DNA of 64,000 nucleotides, taken from contig OZ076409.1 of assembly GCA_964187785.1 (NCBI GenBank), forward strand, positions 64,110,001 through 64,174,000, given 5' to 3'. Both the position numbers and the translations under genes were made by a program. Positions within the stretch are counted from its first letter, which is position 1. Each line of letters starts with the position of its first letter. This DNA comes from Amphiscolops sp. MND2022 (Eukaryota). Positions 25,292 through 38,800 of the stretch are shown here, one piece after another. The notes beneath the pieces were generated by a model. That model did no database searches, was not told where the DNA came from, and worked only from the letters and a program-made list of their open reading frames with translations.

Positions 25292-25620
25292 GTGAGTCAA
25301 ATTTATATGTTTAATGTGGCAAGGTTCTGATGATCTGGGAGGTGAGTTTCTCATCGTGCTCTCGGATGTAATTGTTTGACTTTGAATAGTCTGACCATAG
25401 TAATTCAGTACGCTCATGGCCTTTGTTTTGTTCCATGTCAATGGCATTAATTGAAATTCGTTGTCGGTCATCTTTTTTAGTATTTAAAAAAGTTGCTCAA
25501 TTAATATATGAATTCTGCTATTTTCAATACTTTGAATTTTGCAAAATACCTTGAAATTTTATTTTATTGTTGGAAAGTGGTTACTTCAGAGTTTGAGGTG
25601 AAGTGTTATTTATTCAATAG

Positions 25621-26209
25621 CAGGATACATCTCAGGCAGTAACAGCCATAGCTGCTGGCCTTATTCCTTATGACTGTCACAGTACCCCAACTCTGCGCCT
25701 GAATAACGGAGGCTCTAATGGCGGTGCATCTTCCCATAACCCTAACTCGTCCAACAGAAGGACTCCCATGACACCTTTACAGTCTCCAATCTCCACTAAT
25801 CCCTCTTCGATGTCAGCAGTGGCACCCTCTCTATGTATAAGTCCCAAAGACAATCAGAGTCTCAGCATCTCGTCAACAGGAGGAGGTGTGACACCCAACA
25901 GTGGGGTGACTGCTGGGTCACTGGGAGTGACGACTCCTAGCTCAGTTGTGACTGCCTCCCTAGTGCAGCAGCAGCAACAGCAGATGGTGGCCGCTCAGCA
26001 ACTGGCCGCAGCTGCACAAGTGTCTTACCTGGACCCATCGACGTACTCACTGCTGGCGCAGCAACAACTCGTCGCTTACCATCGAGCCCTGAGCATCTCG
26101 CAAAACACGTCGCCCCAAAACACCGCTCAGCCGGCCACCTCGCCCGTTGTTGATCAACTCACGCAAAGCTACAGACTAGCAGCCGCAGCTGCCGTGTCAG
26201 GATTAGATT
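25621..26209 (+). CDS. MLLT10: AF10-family protein, Gln/Ala-rich C-terminal exon
   Basis: TAG|CAG tandem acceptor (phase 0); open frame with polyQ; GTAAGC donor (phase 1). Confidence 0.85.
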
Positions 26210-26440
26210 GTAAGCATTTTACAAGCTTTCCTCCTTTTGATATCATGCAATGTGAATTGATGTATCTGAAAAATAAAGCTTAGTAGCTTGTCATCTCGAA
26301 AAAGTTTTCGCTGCTCAGTTTGTTATGCTGCTCCATTGTTTTAATTTTAATCGTTTCGGAAATAAACGTAAAATGGTCAGTTTTGCATGGAAATATTGGA
26401 CTGCTCAATAATGAGAGTCACATTTTTTGATTGGTTTCAG

Positions 26441-26511
26441 CTACAACTCCTGTAATACTGAACCCGGCAGTTCTAAACAGCCTCTTCACTGTGGGACCCG
26501 CTGCTCGATGA
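26441..26511 (+). CDS. MLLT10: AF10-family protein, terminal coding exon
   Basis: TTTCAG acceptor; phase 1 gives STTPVILNPAVLNSLFTVGPAAR-TGA; AATAAA at about 26683. Confidence 0.7.
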
Positions 26512-28465
26512 CGTCACTGATAACACTTCCACAGACATTATTACTTTCTCTATTTAACCCCAGAAAGTTAGTCCCCGGGGAATCTCACCAAAAAATTTTA
26601 AAAGCCAGGAAGACCATATATCGGCTCTCCGCTTGAGAATCAAAAAGCACAAATTAATTCAAATAGTTATGGACTGTTTTTGAATAAAATTCTCAGTTCC
26701 AAAAAATATTCTAAAGAGGACCGTTTGGGCTTAATATAGCTTTGTTATTCACAAAGAAGTGTCAAAAATTGAAAGGCAGAGCTTTCGCATCATCTGGGCC
26801 CTCTTGAGATCTTAGACCTGTAGAACTTTTGCAGAACGTTTTTGGCCACTTCGACCGGGTTGGAAAAAAGACTAAATGTCACTATAATACTCGCGTTTCA
26901 TTTCATAAGCGCCTACTAAAAACGGCGTTTCTGTGAAAAAAATCATTCCCTAAAAATGAATTTGTGGCCCAATCCATGGGAAAAGTATATTGCAATGACT
27001 TAGATAGTAAAGAGCAAAATTGTTTTCGACGGAATATCATTTTTGCCTTGAAAGGTGTCAAGATTTAGTTGTGCACAATCCAATTCAACCAATGTCTTCA
27101 TGAAAATTTTGATATCTGTTTCAGACCTTGGTTGCGGAAGGTTCCTTTAAGAAACCTTCACTCAAAGCATTTATATACCTGTAGGAATCCTGATGGAGCA
27201 GCATCGAGGTCATTTGAGTTTCCCTTGTTCGTGTACCCAACCCACCCTTGCGTTTTTCGAGCATTCGTCACTTTTAGCCCGACCAATGTCAGACCTGCTA
27301 TTACCACGTTGGGGCGTTTTAGCGACAATTGCTATTGTTACGTTTCAACATTCTTTACCATTATCACAATTTCTGTTGTTTTGTTAACCAAATTTTATTT
27401 TTACTAGAAATTATCTTCTACTTCATAATTTCAATTCATAATCTTCCATTTTTGTTGTTACTCTCTCTGCGTCATTGGAAACGAAAAGTCCCAAACAAGA
27501 TTACTGGCGAAGCGATGGCAGACACAGATCCATTCCACTTGCTAACGACGGGTTCGAATCCGGGAACAGTCAGTTAGAATTTTGAAATCAGAATCAACAA
27601 GTTTCGAACTTCGAGAAGAAAAGCAGCTCAATGTCTATGGCTGCTGTCTGCATCGCTCAGCTTCAAGAGATGGCGAGTATTAAACGCTAATGAATGTCGG
27701 CAAGATATCTTTGAGACGGTGTTTCTGGTAGATGACTTTCTCATTTCAAGCACCGAATTCTCATTTCAATTTCTAAACTTTCTTGAAAGAAAGCCATTTG
27801 AAAAGAGTGCAGCTATTCTGACTGACTGGGTGCCCGGTCAAAGTGGACATGTTGAACTGTTGCTATGAACTATTGCCCTTGAAAGAACAGAACGCGTTGC
27901 GATTGAAGTTTAGTTTGTGTATATAAATAAGTATATAACTTAGAATTGTACAGCTGAAGTGCAATAATAGATCTTTTCTTTCCACAACCAATTTATTCCC
28001 TTAGAGCTAGTTGTATCCAGTTGCTTGAGTTCTGATTTTCAGTAATTTAGTTTGGAATTGAGATTTACTGATTATTTCATCTTTGAACGTTTTTAGGTTA
28101 AGCAAATTTTCAAACTGCAGAAGTTGAAAGTTTTGGAAACTAGTCATATATCGGAGAATAATTCGGGCATTTTTTGTCATTTTGAAAAAGACGCAACTAT
28201 TACAGTGACTATTTTTTAACATGCCGAAAAAACCTCAGACTGAAATCCATTATTTTTTGTTCAATTTTTTCAGTTTCATTTTTACGTGGACTAAGTATTT
28301 AGTGCACCGATACGTTCAGGCCGCTTATGAGGCTAAACTACCAAATTATCCTTTTTTTCGGCGCTTTTACTCTTTGAACGGCCAGGGGTTTTATTTGTTG
28401 AAATTATCAAGTTCGATAAAATTCTAACAATGATCGACGCCAGCTGCGCTTTTCAGATTTTAAGA

Positions 28466-29005
28466 AACAAGCCGGGAAATGCTCAATCTGCGCCCTGCTC
28501 AAGGTCTAAAACTGTTTGAAATATTCAAGGGACAGCGATTGTGAAACTTTTCAACTGTCATACAGTGGTGAAGAAAAATTCTCAAGAGAGGTACCCTTGA
28601 GACATGAAAACAGTTTTTTTCTGAACTGGAAACATCAGGAAAACCCAAATTTTTTTTAGAAAGCTTCGACAAATTTCAAAAGTAGTATAGTGCCGAAAAA
28701 ATACAAAAGGTGACCCTTTCGGCTCGTTAAACGCTTTTTCGAAACCGAAGACATGAAAAAACTGAAAGGGAAAGCTTTGATGAAATTAAAAGGGCCATTT
28801 GGTCTCGTTTATTTTTGAGAAAATCAGAAAAATGTTCAAGAACCCTTGCTTTACAGTCATACACTCATCCACTACACCAAGTGGTCGTGTCAGTCTGAAT
28901 TACTGAAGCAATTTATAGAAATTAGAAATATGCCAGTTCGCTGGTCTTAAAAATAGAGGCCACAACTATAGTCTGCTTTTCTGTCGACGACTAAAAGCGC
29001 CGACT
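28466..29005 (-). mobile_element. Helentron/DINE-like family A copy (reverse, diverged)
   Basis: AACAAGCCGGGAA start and AAAAGCGCCGACT end, with family internal motifs. Confidence 0.65.
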
Positions 29006-29349
29006 GAAAACCGATTGAGATTTTGTACAACAGCAGTATTTGACGCATGAAAATTTGTTCTTCTAAGGTGTATTCGAATGGTTTGAATATTTTAAAGCGT
29101 ATATTCGTATAAATGTATTTTCGTTTAGAAAACAGAATCTCGTATACTTGCAAACAAAATCTGCATACTTGATTTCAAAATCAGTACGACAAAAACTCAA
29201 AAAGAAACTGCCATCAAAGTAAATTTTTCTCAAACATACTTTTCACACCAGTAATTTGGGCGCTCAAAAAGACTACAAATGTAAAAGGCCCTCCAAAGTT
29301 ACTGAGTCGAGGTTCAGCTCGTATTTTTCCCGGAAAAGATCGAGGTTGT

Positions 29350-32300
29350 AGTCGGCGTTTTTATACAATAAAAAAGCCCGACTATTAGTCACTTTTTCAA
29401 GACAGACTCGAATGTGGCGAAAATTTTCATATCGTTCAACTAAACGAATATCTCGAAAACGCATCTAAGTTAATGCAAAGGGTCACCCATTCATTTTTAT
29501 TTTCCGCCCATATTTCATATGGGAAAGGAAAATATCGGGTTTTTTTTTTACAAAATTTGCCAAGAATTTATATCAAAGCTAAAAGGTTTCACCCATAGAA
29601 TTCAGCTCACATAAGTTTAGCTTCGTGGGATTTGTATTTGTGGAGATTTCCGGACTTTTTTAGTTGACCCCAAGGACCCCAGAATGACCCCAAATTAACT
29701 CAAAAATGACCCCAAAAGAGAATTTGCGTTTTTTACGTTTTAATGCAATTTTTGTCGAGTTTCCGATAAATGTCGTGGATTAGAATGTTGAAAAGATTCA
29801 CAAAGATAAGAACGCGTTGTCCAATAGTCGTTTATGGAGATAAATGCGGTTTTTTGGAAAGAAAAAGACCCAAAAAAGGACAAAGAAAACCAAAAATTTC
29901 CAGATTTTTAACGTTTTTAAGCAATTTTTGTCAAATTTTCGATAGAATTCGTGGACTAGATTGTTGAAAACGATCAACATGGTACACGTTTGTTGTCCAG
30001 TAGGCGTTTCCGAAGAGATAATGGCTGTTCTTTATTTGAAAAATGTCTCAAATTGACGCCGAAAATGACAAAAGTCCCTAAGTTTTCCATTTTTCAAAGT
30101 TTCTACGCTTTTTTCGTCAAATTTTGGAGACTTCGTGGATTGGAATGTTTTACGGGGTCAAAAAGGAAAACGTTGGTTGTCCAGTAACCATTTTTAAGAG
30201 TTTATTGCATTTTTCTAATTGAAAATGTCTCAAATTGACACTGAAATTGACAAAAAACACAAAATTTTCCAATTTTCAAAACAAAGTTTTATGCATTTTT
30301 TGTTAAAGTTTCACAGACTTCGTGGATTGGAATGTTTTAAAGGGTCAACAATGAAAAAATTGGTACGTCCCGTAGTCTTTAATGAAGAGATAATTACAAT
30401 GTTCTGCTTGAAAATGTCTCAAATTTACACCGAAAATGACAAAAGTCCCAAAAGTTTTCAATTTTCAAAGATTTCGTGCAATTTTCTAAATTTTTGACAG
30501 ACTTCGTCAATTGGAACGTTGAAAAGGGTCAACAAGGAAAATAAGCGTTGTCCAGTATGCTTAGAAAAGAGATAAATGCAGTTTTTCAATAGGAAATTGT
30601 CCGGAATCGACATCGAAAAAGACCAAATTTCGAAAAATTGTCAAATTCATTTTTTCCACTTTTTGTCAAAATAACGATAGACTTCGTGGACTACAGTGTC
30701 TAAACGCTTAAGGCATGGGCAAACTTGTTGTTTCGGTGAGCTTTCGTTACGAGACAAGTTCAATTCGTAAAAGAAAAGGGCCTCAAATTGACATGAGATG
30801 TCAAAATTTCGAAGTTTTTGTCGTTTTTGATTTAATTTCTGTAGATTTTTCGAAAGATTTGTTCTAAGTTCCCCAATCCACTCAACAACGAAAAAACGAG
30901 CTATGCAATTTTTTTCTTGAAGAGAAAATTACAGTGTTTTGCTTCACAAACACTTCAGAATGACTCCAAAGGAATCAAAAAATTTCAACTTTGTTTTTGT
31001 GCAACTTGTGTACTTTTTGAATCGTTTTGGTGTCAGAATGTCAGCAAACGTTCAACAAAGACTGAACTCATATTCAATTAGGCTTTCAGGGGAATATTTG
31101 CAGATTTCGATCGGAAAATGGCTGAAAAGTGACCGTAAAAAGTCGAAAGCTTGAAAATGTTTGTCGATTTCTGACATTTTCAGTGAATTTTTATTTGAGA
31201 TTGGAAAATTTTGGTAAACTAAAGGGTTCAAAAAGCTCGCGTTGATTAAACTAGGCCCGGAACACGGTTTTTAAGAATGCCTAGTTTATGGTCGGAAGTT
31301 TAGTCAAAATAGTACAATTATTGGAAAAATTGAAAATTTTCAAGTTTTTTCTTACATTTTCAGGCAGTTTTTTGTTGATTTTTTGACCTACTTCCTTGCA
31401 TAAAATGGTTTTAAACACTCAACACTAACTCTTCCGGGTATCTCCAGTAGGCATTTTTCAAGAGATAACTGCATGTTTTGTTGGAATTGGTCTCAAAAAC
31501 ACCCAAAAATTCATGAAACAACAAAAAAGCACGTTGTTTGACAAACTAATCCCATTTTTTGTTCAAGCCACGAAAGTTTTTAACGAAGAGAAATTCCAAT
31601 GACCTCAGCGTTTAAACAATAAGGTATTCAAAACGCAATTGTGGGAAAAAGAGGCATGAAGTTCATCGAGTTTACAGCAAGGATGTCAAAGTTTCGAACT
31701 TTTTTTATTTTCGACAACATAGTCCCAATTTTGGACACTTTCCTAAAATTTACTTCAATCAGAAATATCATAGGCTAAGGATTGAAACGTCTAGCTACCG
31801 GTAGTGTTCCGAAAAGACATCAGACAAGTTTATTCGCACAACTTTCAAATGCTTCACTTGAAAACGTAAATTTCAACCTCATTTGTCCAATTTTTGTCAT
31901 TCAAAAACCTCCAAGCAAATTCACTAGAAAGGGAGTACATCTTCCTAAGAAAGATGTTTCGTGCTAAATCGTGAGTTAGAATGGTGTAAACATTCAACAA
32001 CAGCTAAACTCGGTGTCCAGTAGGCTTATTTTTGAAGAGACATCTGTAGATTCATTTTCGAAAAGTTCCTCAAATTGACCCTAAACTTGTCAAATCTATT
32101 TGCAGTTTTTGACACTTCTGGTGAAACAATGTACAATAATAGAACAAACCGGGGTTGCTCAACTTCCCTAAATTTGAAACTGACCTAATTTCAAGCTTTT
32201 ACTATTTTCTCTTTTACCATTTATGGCGAAACGAGTTTCAGCTCGCGAAACTGTTTTTCTCAAGCCGAAATGTGCTATGAAAGCAAGGGGTACACTTTGA

Positions 32301-35052
32301 CCAAATGAAAGTTTCGGAAAGACGTACAGAGTCGAAAAAAACTTAAATGAGGTATTTCCCACAATCAAAAAGAAAACTCATCAGTTCCACATGATCAGAA
32401 GTAACAAAGAGGTCACCCTCAAGACTCGGTAAACTTGTTTCCTTTACAGAAAACCTCAAAAACTAAAAATTTTGAAAATTGTTTTTAAAAAAAATATTTT
32501 CAAAAAATTTATTGAAAACTTTCTTTTTTCTCGGTAAGTCGCATAGTGCCGAAAAAACAAAAAGTGACCAGCTCTCTGAAATAATAAATTAGGGGTTTCC
32601 TTTAAAATGGGGTACGATGAATCAAAGTTTTCTTTTCTTCGAACTTATTGGCGTTTTTAGTGCATTGGCTTATTCTTTAGCCTCAAACTTATGTAGTTGT
32701 AAAACAGTTCGGGGCGGAAAATATCCCGCTGCTCAGCGGGCGTCTTATTTTCCTTTTTAACGTAACGCAAAACCGGACGAGACTGAAAGTCCTCCTTTTC
32801 GATTTTTTTTTGATAATTTGCTTTGCAACAAAATGGATGTCAAAAATACCAAAGGGTCCCCTTTTTAAACTTTTTGGCACTATGAGACTGTTCAATTCAT
32901 CATTGTTCGTCGTTTTTTCGAAAATTTGCTGTCTCCAAAGTGTCCCCTTTCAATTTTTTCGATATTTTGCAACAAAATGGATGTTAAAATCCCAAAGCGT
33001 CCCCCATTTACACTTTATGGTACTATGAGACAGTTCTCATTTTTCGTCTGATATTAGGCTTTGTCAATATATATCCACCAATCCACGAATAATATTTTTC
33101 AATACTGTCCGAATTTTTAGTCGGCGCTTTTCTTAAGAAAAGAGCCCGACTATTACAACCACTCGTTTTTTTAGTCGGCGCTTTTCTCAAGAAAAGAGCC
33201 CGACTCTTAAAGTCACTCGTTTTTTTATTTTAAGACAGACTCGAAGCGACGAACGTTAAAATTAACGTTCAACTACTAAATACAGTACTACTAAAATACT
33301 GGCAGCGCATTTGAGATAGTGCAAAGGGTCCCCCTTTCAGTAAGTCCATTTTTATCGTAAGATACAAAACAGGACGAGACTATAGTGTCCCCCTTTGAGT
33401 TTTTTTCGGCACTGTGCGACTTTTTTTTCGAAAATTTTTTTGTCCCCAATGGGTCCCCCCTTCGAGTTTTTTGATATTTTGCAACAAAATGTATGTTAAT
33501 AAATTTCCAAAAAAAATCTTTTGCGCTTTTTGAGCCTTAGATATGGCGCCGACTTTAGACGTTCCCGTCTTGTTTTATTTAAGACAGACTCGAAGCGACG
33601 AACGTTAAAATTAACGTTCAACTACTAAATACAGTACTAAACTACTGGACCGGTAAAGGCAAACGGGGAGCGCATTCATCTACTTTTTAAACGTTACCTA
33701 CAAGCCCGGACGGGACTAAAGGTTCCCGCCTTTCGATTTTTTTCGGCACTGTGCGACTTTTTTTCGAAATTTTTTGAAAGATCCCCCCTTTGAGTTTTTT
33801 TTATTTTGCTACAGAATGCGTGTTTGTAAATCAAAAAGGGTCCCCCTTTTACATTTTTCGGCACTGTGCGACATTTTCCGAAAGAATTTTTTTTCGAAAT
33901 TTTCAAGTTTTTTTCCAAAAAAATGTTTTGCGCTTTTTGAGCCTTAGATATAGCGCCGACTTGAGACGTTCCCGTCTTGTTTTACGTTATATTTGAAAAA
34001 AAGGCGTTTAACTAAAGAGGAGGTAGAGGCTCGAAAAAATTGCGCTATATCCGAATTTTTGACGTTATATCCGAAGTAATTTGTGTTTTACTGAGAAAGT
34101 GTAAGTTCGAAACAAGACGGGAACGTCTAAAGTCGGCGCCATATCTGAGGCTCAAAAAGCTCAAACTTTTTGAAATTGTAAAAGGGGGGACCCTTTGGGT
34201 TTTTTGAAAATCCAATTTGTTGCGGGGTGTAACGTCTCAAACTTCGGATATAGCGTGCTGGCCCAAATGGGAGCGCTTTTTCAGCCTCCGCCTCCTCCTT
34301 GGTATAACGAAGTATAATTCGGATATAACGTCAAAAATTCGGATATAGCGTTTTACTCAGGATATTACGTCCAAGTTTCGGATAGTTTTGGAAAAAAATA
34401 TTGGTAAATATATACTGAGAAAACCTAATTTCAGACAAAAAATAACAATTTTGAACAGTCTCATAGTGCCGAAAAATCTAAAAGAGGGGACCCTTTGGGA
34501 TTGTTCAATATCTATTATGTTACAAAATTTTCTAAAAATTGAAGGGGGGACCCTTTCGAGACATTAAAAAAATTTCGAGAAAAAAACGAAAAATCGAAAA
34601 CTAAGAATTTCTAGCCAGTCTCATAGTGCCAAAAAACTTGAAATGGGCTTTTTGAAACTTCAGTTTGCTGTAAAATATCGAAAAACTTGAAGGGGGACCC
34701 TTTGGAGACAAAAAAAAGTTTCGAAAAAAAGTCGCACAGTGCAGAAAAAAACTCAAAGGGGGGACCCTATCGTCTCTCATTTGTCCCACCACGCTGCATC
34801 CGAACTTCTGACGTTATACCCGAAGTTAATTGCACTTTGCTAAAGAAGAAGCCGATGTAGCTCCCATGTAGCCCAGCACGCTAAATCCGACCTTTTCAAG
34901 CGTTTTCCGAGCATGAAAGGCGCCCTTTGGCTGTTTCGATACTTTTATGTGAGTTTTGCATTTGAAAAAGTTCTGAGCAAATTTCAATGTTTTCTTTGCA
35001 ATTTTTGTTGAGCTTTAAGTAGGGCGCCGACTTGAGACGTTCCCGTCTTGTT
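29350..35052. mobile_element. Nested stack of family A and family B Helentron/DINE-like elements
   Basis: Family A start at 29350 is interrupted by family B 29497-32749; further family A starts at about 33119 and 33174 end at about 33981 and 33574; reverse copy from about 34111; another 3' end at about 35023-35052. Confidence 0.75.
29497..32749 (+). mobile_element. Long family B element with a larger satellite array
   Basis: Same termini as 16893-19204 (TTTTCCGCCCATATTTCATATGGG ... GGGCGGAAAATATCCCGCTGCTCAGCGGGCGTCTT); more units of about 180 bp. Confidence 0.8.
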
Positions 35053-35808
35053 GTTTTTAACGGAACGTCCTTGAAGATTGCTGAATCATCACTTTGTGTG
35101 TACGTGCCTCTTATTTAATTCATCATATTCATTAACAACTTATTACAATCATTATCGTTAATTGTGCTATCGTTAAGAATCATTGATTGTTATTAGTCAA
35201 TGTTTCTTATCACCTCAACTGGCGGCAATATTTCTGCCTCCCGATTAAACGAATATACGATTAACTAAATAAATGACACGTACACACAAGGCGTCGATTC
35301 AGCAACCTTCAAGGTCGTTCTGTTGAAATCAAGAAGACGGGAACTTGAAGCTCAAAACGTACAAAAACTTTTTTCAAATGAAAAACTCACATGAAAGTGC
35401 CGAAACAATCAAAGAGCTACTTTCATGCTCAGAAAACGTTTCACATGGGAGCGTTTTTTCCGAACCGGTATAAAATCATTCAATTATGATCACTAGGCAA
35501 GTTGAAATGCGACAAAGTAGTTAGAGCCATGGCCCGGAGTGAAAGAAACACGGAAACGGAAATCGATTTTTGTAAGTGTTCAGTCTTTTACACCTTTACA
35601 TGAATAACAAAAGTGAATGTAACCAAACTGACTATATGATTTTTGTTTCATCAAGGAGTTGTAACCTTTGCTTTGTAAAAACCTTTCTGTCAAGAAAATA
35701 ATTGAGACTTGAATGTATTTTTCTGCACTGTGAGGTTCATCAGTGTCATATTCGGTTCATTCCGGCTTCCATGACCTCAACCGAGATTCGGTCTACAAAC
35801 CTACAAAC

Positions 35809-38800
35809 TGTCTACGTACCAGTTAGAGTAACTAGAATTGTTGATAAACAAACTCAAAAGACGATAATTTACATTTGATGCATTTATACAATTACATATA
35901 GTTCTATACAGTCGAGAACTAGAGATATCAATTTTCACAATATTCTTTTCTCTTAGCAACTAGATTAGTAGAATAGAACATGGTGCAGTCAGCCAATTTT
36001 TAAACAATTGAAACGAACTTCTTACTACCAAACACAGAAAGGCAGAAAAAAACATAGTCCCAAGCCTCGAAGCAAGAGCCACAGATGGAAATCCGGTATT
36101 TACACCGAGACAATGGCTTGAGAGATTCCGGCAGTTCTGCAAACGGGAAGCCAAATTAGACATTGCACTGTTACTGAAAGGAAAAAAAATCACAGCAACC
36201 GAATGGACCGGAAAAGGACAAGCAATTCAAGAAGACTTCTTATGGGGAGAGGGACCGGAAGCTTTTTAACGAATAACTAGGGCCGAATATGAAACGGAAC
36301 CCGATAGTATAAAAGTGAAAGAACTAATCCGGTTGTTCACCGAATTCTACATGCGGAAGAAAACGCTTACCAAAAACCGCGGAGATTTCGTCTGGGCAAA
36401 ACACACCGAAGAAGAAACGCCAGAAGAATTTTGGAGACGGTAAATTGAAATTGAAAAAGAGTGTAATTTCAATACAATTTCGGCTGAAGAATTGCTGATA
36501 TCAAAGTATATGACCGCAAACACCGATAAAACATTACGGGATAAAATAATGGAAAAAACACTGGAACTAAAGAAGAAAATTGAATTGATTAGAGAGAATA
36601 CATATAAGAAAAACAAAAAAACACAATACCGGAAGCTTTGATATCAACAAAAGAAAAACACATAGTGAAGGAGGAACCAATTCAAAGAATGGAACCATTC
36701 GGAATAAGACCGAGAAACAAAAATTTCGGAAACCCAGCATACAGATTCTGTACCGCGCCAAATTGGACACCAATGCATCAATGTCCCGCATTAGACGTCA
36801 ACTGTAACAAATGCGGTATGAAAAGACACTATGCAGAAGCGTGCAGACAGCAGACAAACAACAACGGAACTGTGAAAAGACCAACCGAAAAGAAAACGAA
36901 CCAATCGGACGAACCATCAAGCGAGTCCTAAGAAAGCATTCTTTACAAAAAAGAAATAAAGAAAATCGACGAGACATATAAACATTTCACCACAACGCTA
37001 AAGATCAATGGAGTAACGAAAGAATTCATAATAGATAACGGATCACCAATATCATTAATGCCACTGGATGAAAGAATCATGAAATCAACCGACATACAGA
37101 AAAAAACAAACCGATACCAAGACGTGAACAAAAAAATTATATTCCGGGGAAAATTCCGGTAAATGTCGAATATGAAAACAACAAACAAAAAGTGGAATTT
37201 TTGATAACCGAAAGAACAGACATGACACCACTACTCGGGATGGACTGGATGAAGAACTTCAAACTAACAATCGGCAAAATACAATTGGCCGATAACAACC
37301 AATCAGAAAGCGAGTAAGTATTCAAAAAGTTTCCGGACCTATTTGAAAACAACGAAACGATAAAAGATACCGAGAAAAACATCCAATTAAAACCGGGCAC
37401 TATCCAGTAAAACAAAAAGCGAGACCGGTACCACTACATCTACAAGAAGATGTCGGCCGTGAATTAGAAAAACTAATTAAATCCGGACACCTAGAAAAAG
37501 TAAAAGACGTAGATGAAGACTGTTTCGTATCACCAGTAGTCATAACAGTAAAATGTGACAAATCGGTGAAAATAGCAATGGACTCGACGCAATAGAATGA
37601 TAGCTGTATTAAAATGAGACCCCACATGCCAAATATGGAAGATTTGTTAATCCAAATTTTGGTAGAAATTACCCGTGACCGAACAGTACAACTATTCATA
37701 TCAAAAATAGATCTCGACTACGCTTACGGACAAATGAAGTTATCCGAAGAAACAAGCCGACAATACGTATTCGCAGTAACCGCGGGAAAATTTAGTGGAT
37801 ACTACCGATATAAAAAATGGTTTTACGGACGTGCCGATTTACACACCATCTTCCAAGAGCAAACTGACCGAACACTCGGATACTGCACATCGGCATGGTT
37901 GGACAACATAATTGTAGTAACACGGTGAAATAAACAAGACCACGAGTAGAAAATAATCGACGTCTTGAAAAAATTTGAAAAAGCCGGTTATCAAGCAAGC
38001 AAAAAGAAATCTGAATTCTTAATGAACCAAATAAAATGGTTGGGACACGAGATTTGTGAAAACAGAATTAAACCGAACGAAGAAAAAGTAGAAGCCATAT
38101 TAAAACTAACGCCACCGGAAAATACGAAAAAATTGAAATCATTTCTCGAGGCAATACATTATATGGCAAGATTCTTACCAAAACTTTCGGAACAAACAGA
38201 CCGATTGCAAAAAATATTGAAAAAAATGAACCATGGATATGGGGAGAAGAACAACAGAAAGACTTTGTAGAAAATAAGACAAATGTTAACCGAGGGTCCA
38301 TGCTTGGCACACTACGCAAAAGACAAAGATAATATAGTAATAACGGACGGACGCCAGCACTACCGAACTGGGAATAACGTTATGGCAAAAACAGGATGAC
38401 GGCAATACAAAACCGATAGCATTCGGAAGTAGATATTTGATCAATACCAAAAAGAAATATTCTATAGGTGAAATTTATCGATTAGCAGTAGTATGGACAC
38501 TCGAAAAATTCCGATTTTATTTATACGGAAAAAAAGTTTACTTGTATACCCATCACCAAGCATTAGAACCCTTGAAAAAAAGAAATCGGAGCAATAAACA
38601 GTATAGCGCTAGATTAACGAGATGTTTAGACCGCTTAACTCACTTTGATATATCAATACAACATAATGCAGGCGGCAATCTGAAATTCACCGATTACCGT
38701 AGAAGAAATCCGGTAGAGTGAGCCACATCGGAACAAATACGACGATGAATACGTAATCAACATACTTTTCGAACAGGCAAAATTGAAAATAAAATACGGA

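Noticed and set aside
21877..26283. Antisense and alternate-frame ORFs overlapping AF10 exons
   Set aside because: Shadow ORFs of codon-biased low-complexity coding sequence with no independent features.
27480..27900. B-box-like GGGTTCGAATCC (about 27550) and RNase H-like WVPGQSG peptide (about 27826)
   Set aside because: Isolated short motifs without a cloverleaf or supporting domain sequence.
2781..34792. Numerous 60-105 aa F/K-rich ORFs (KGPP, FFGTMRL motifs)
   Set aside because: Translation artefacts of the family A/B tandem units, appearing on both strands and in multiple frames.
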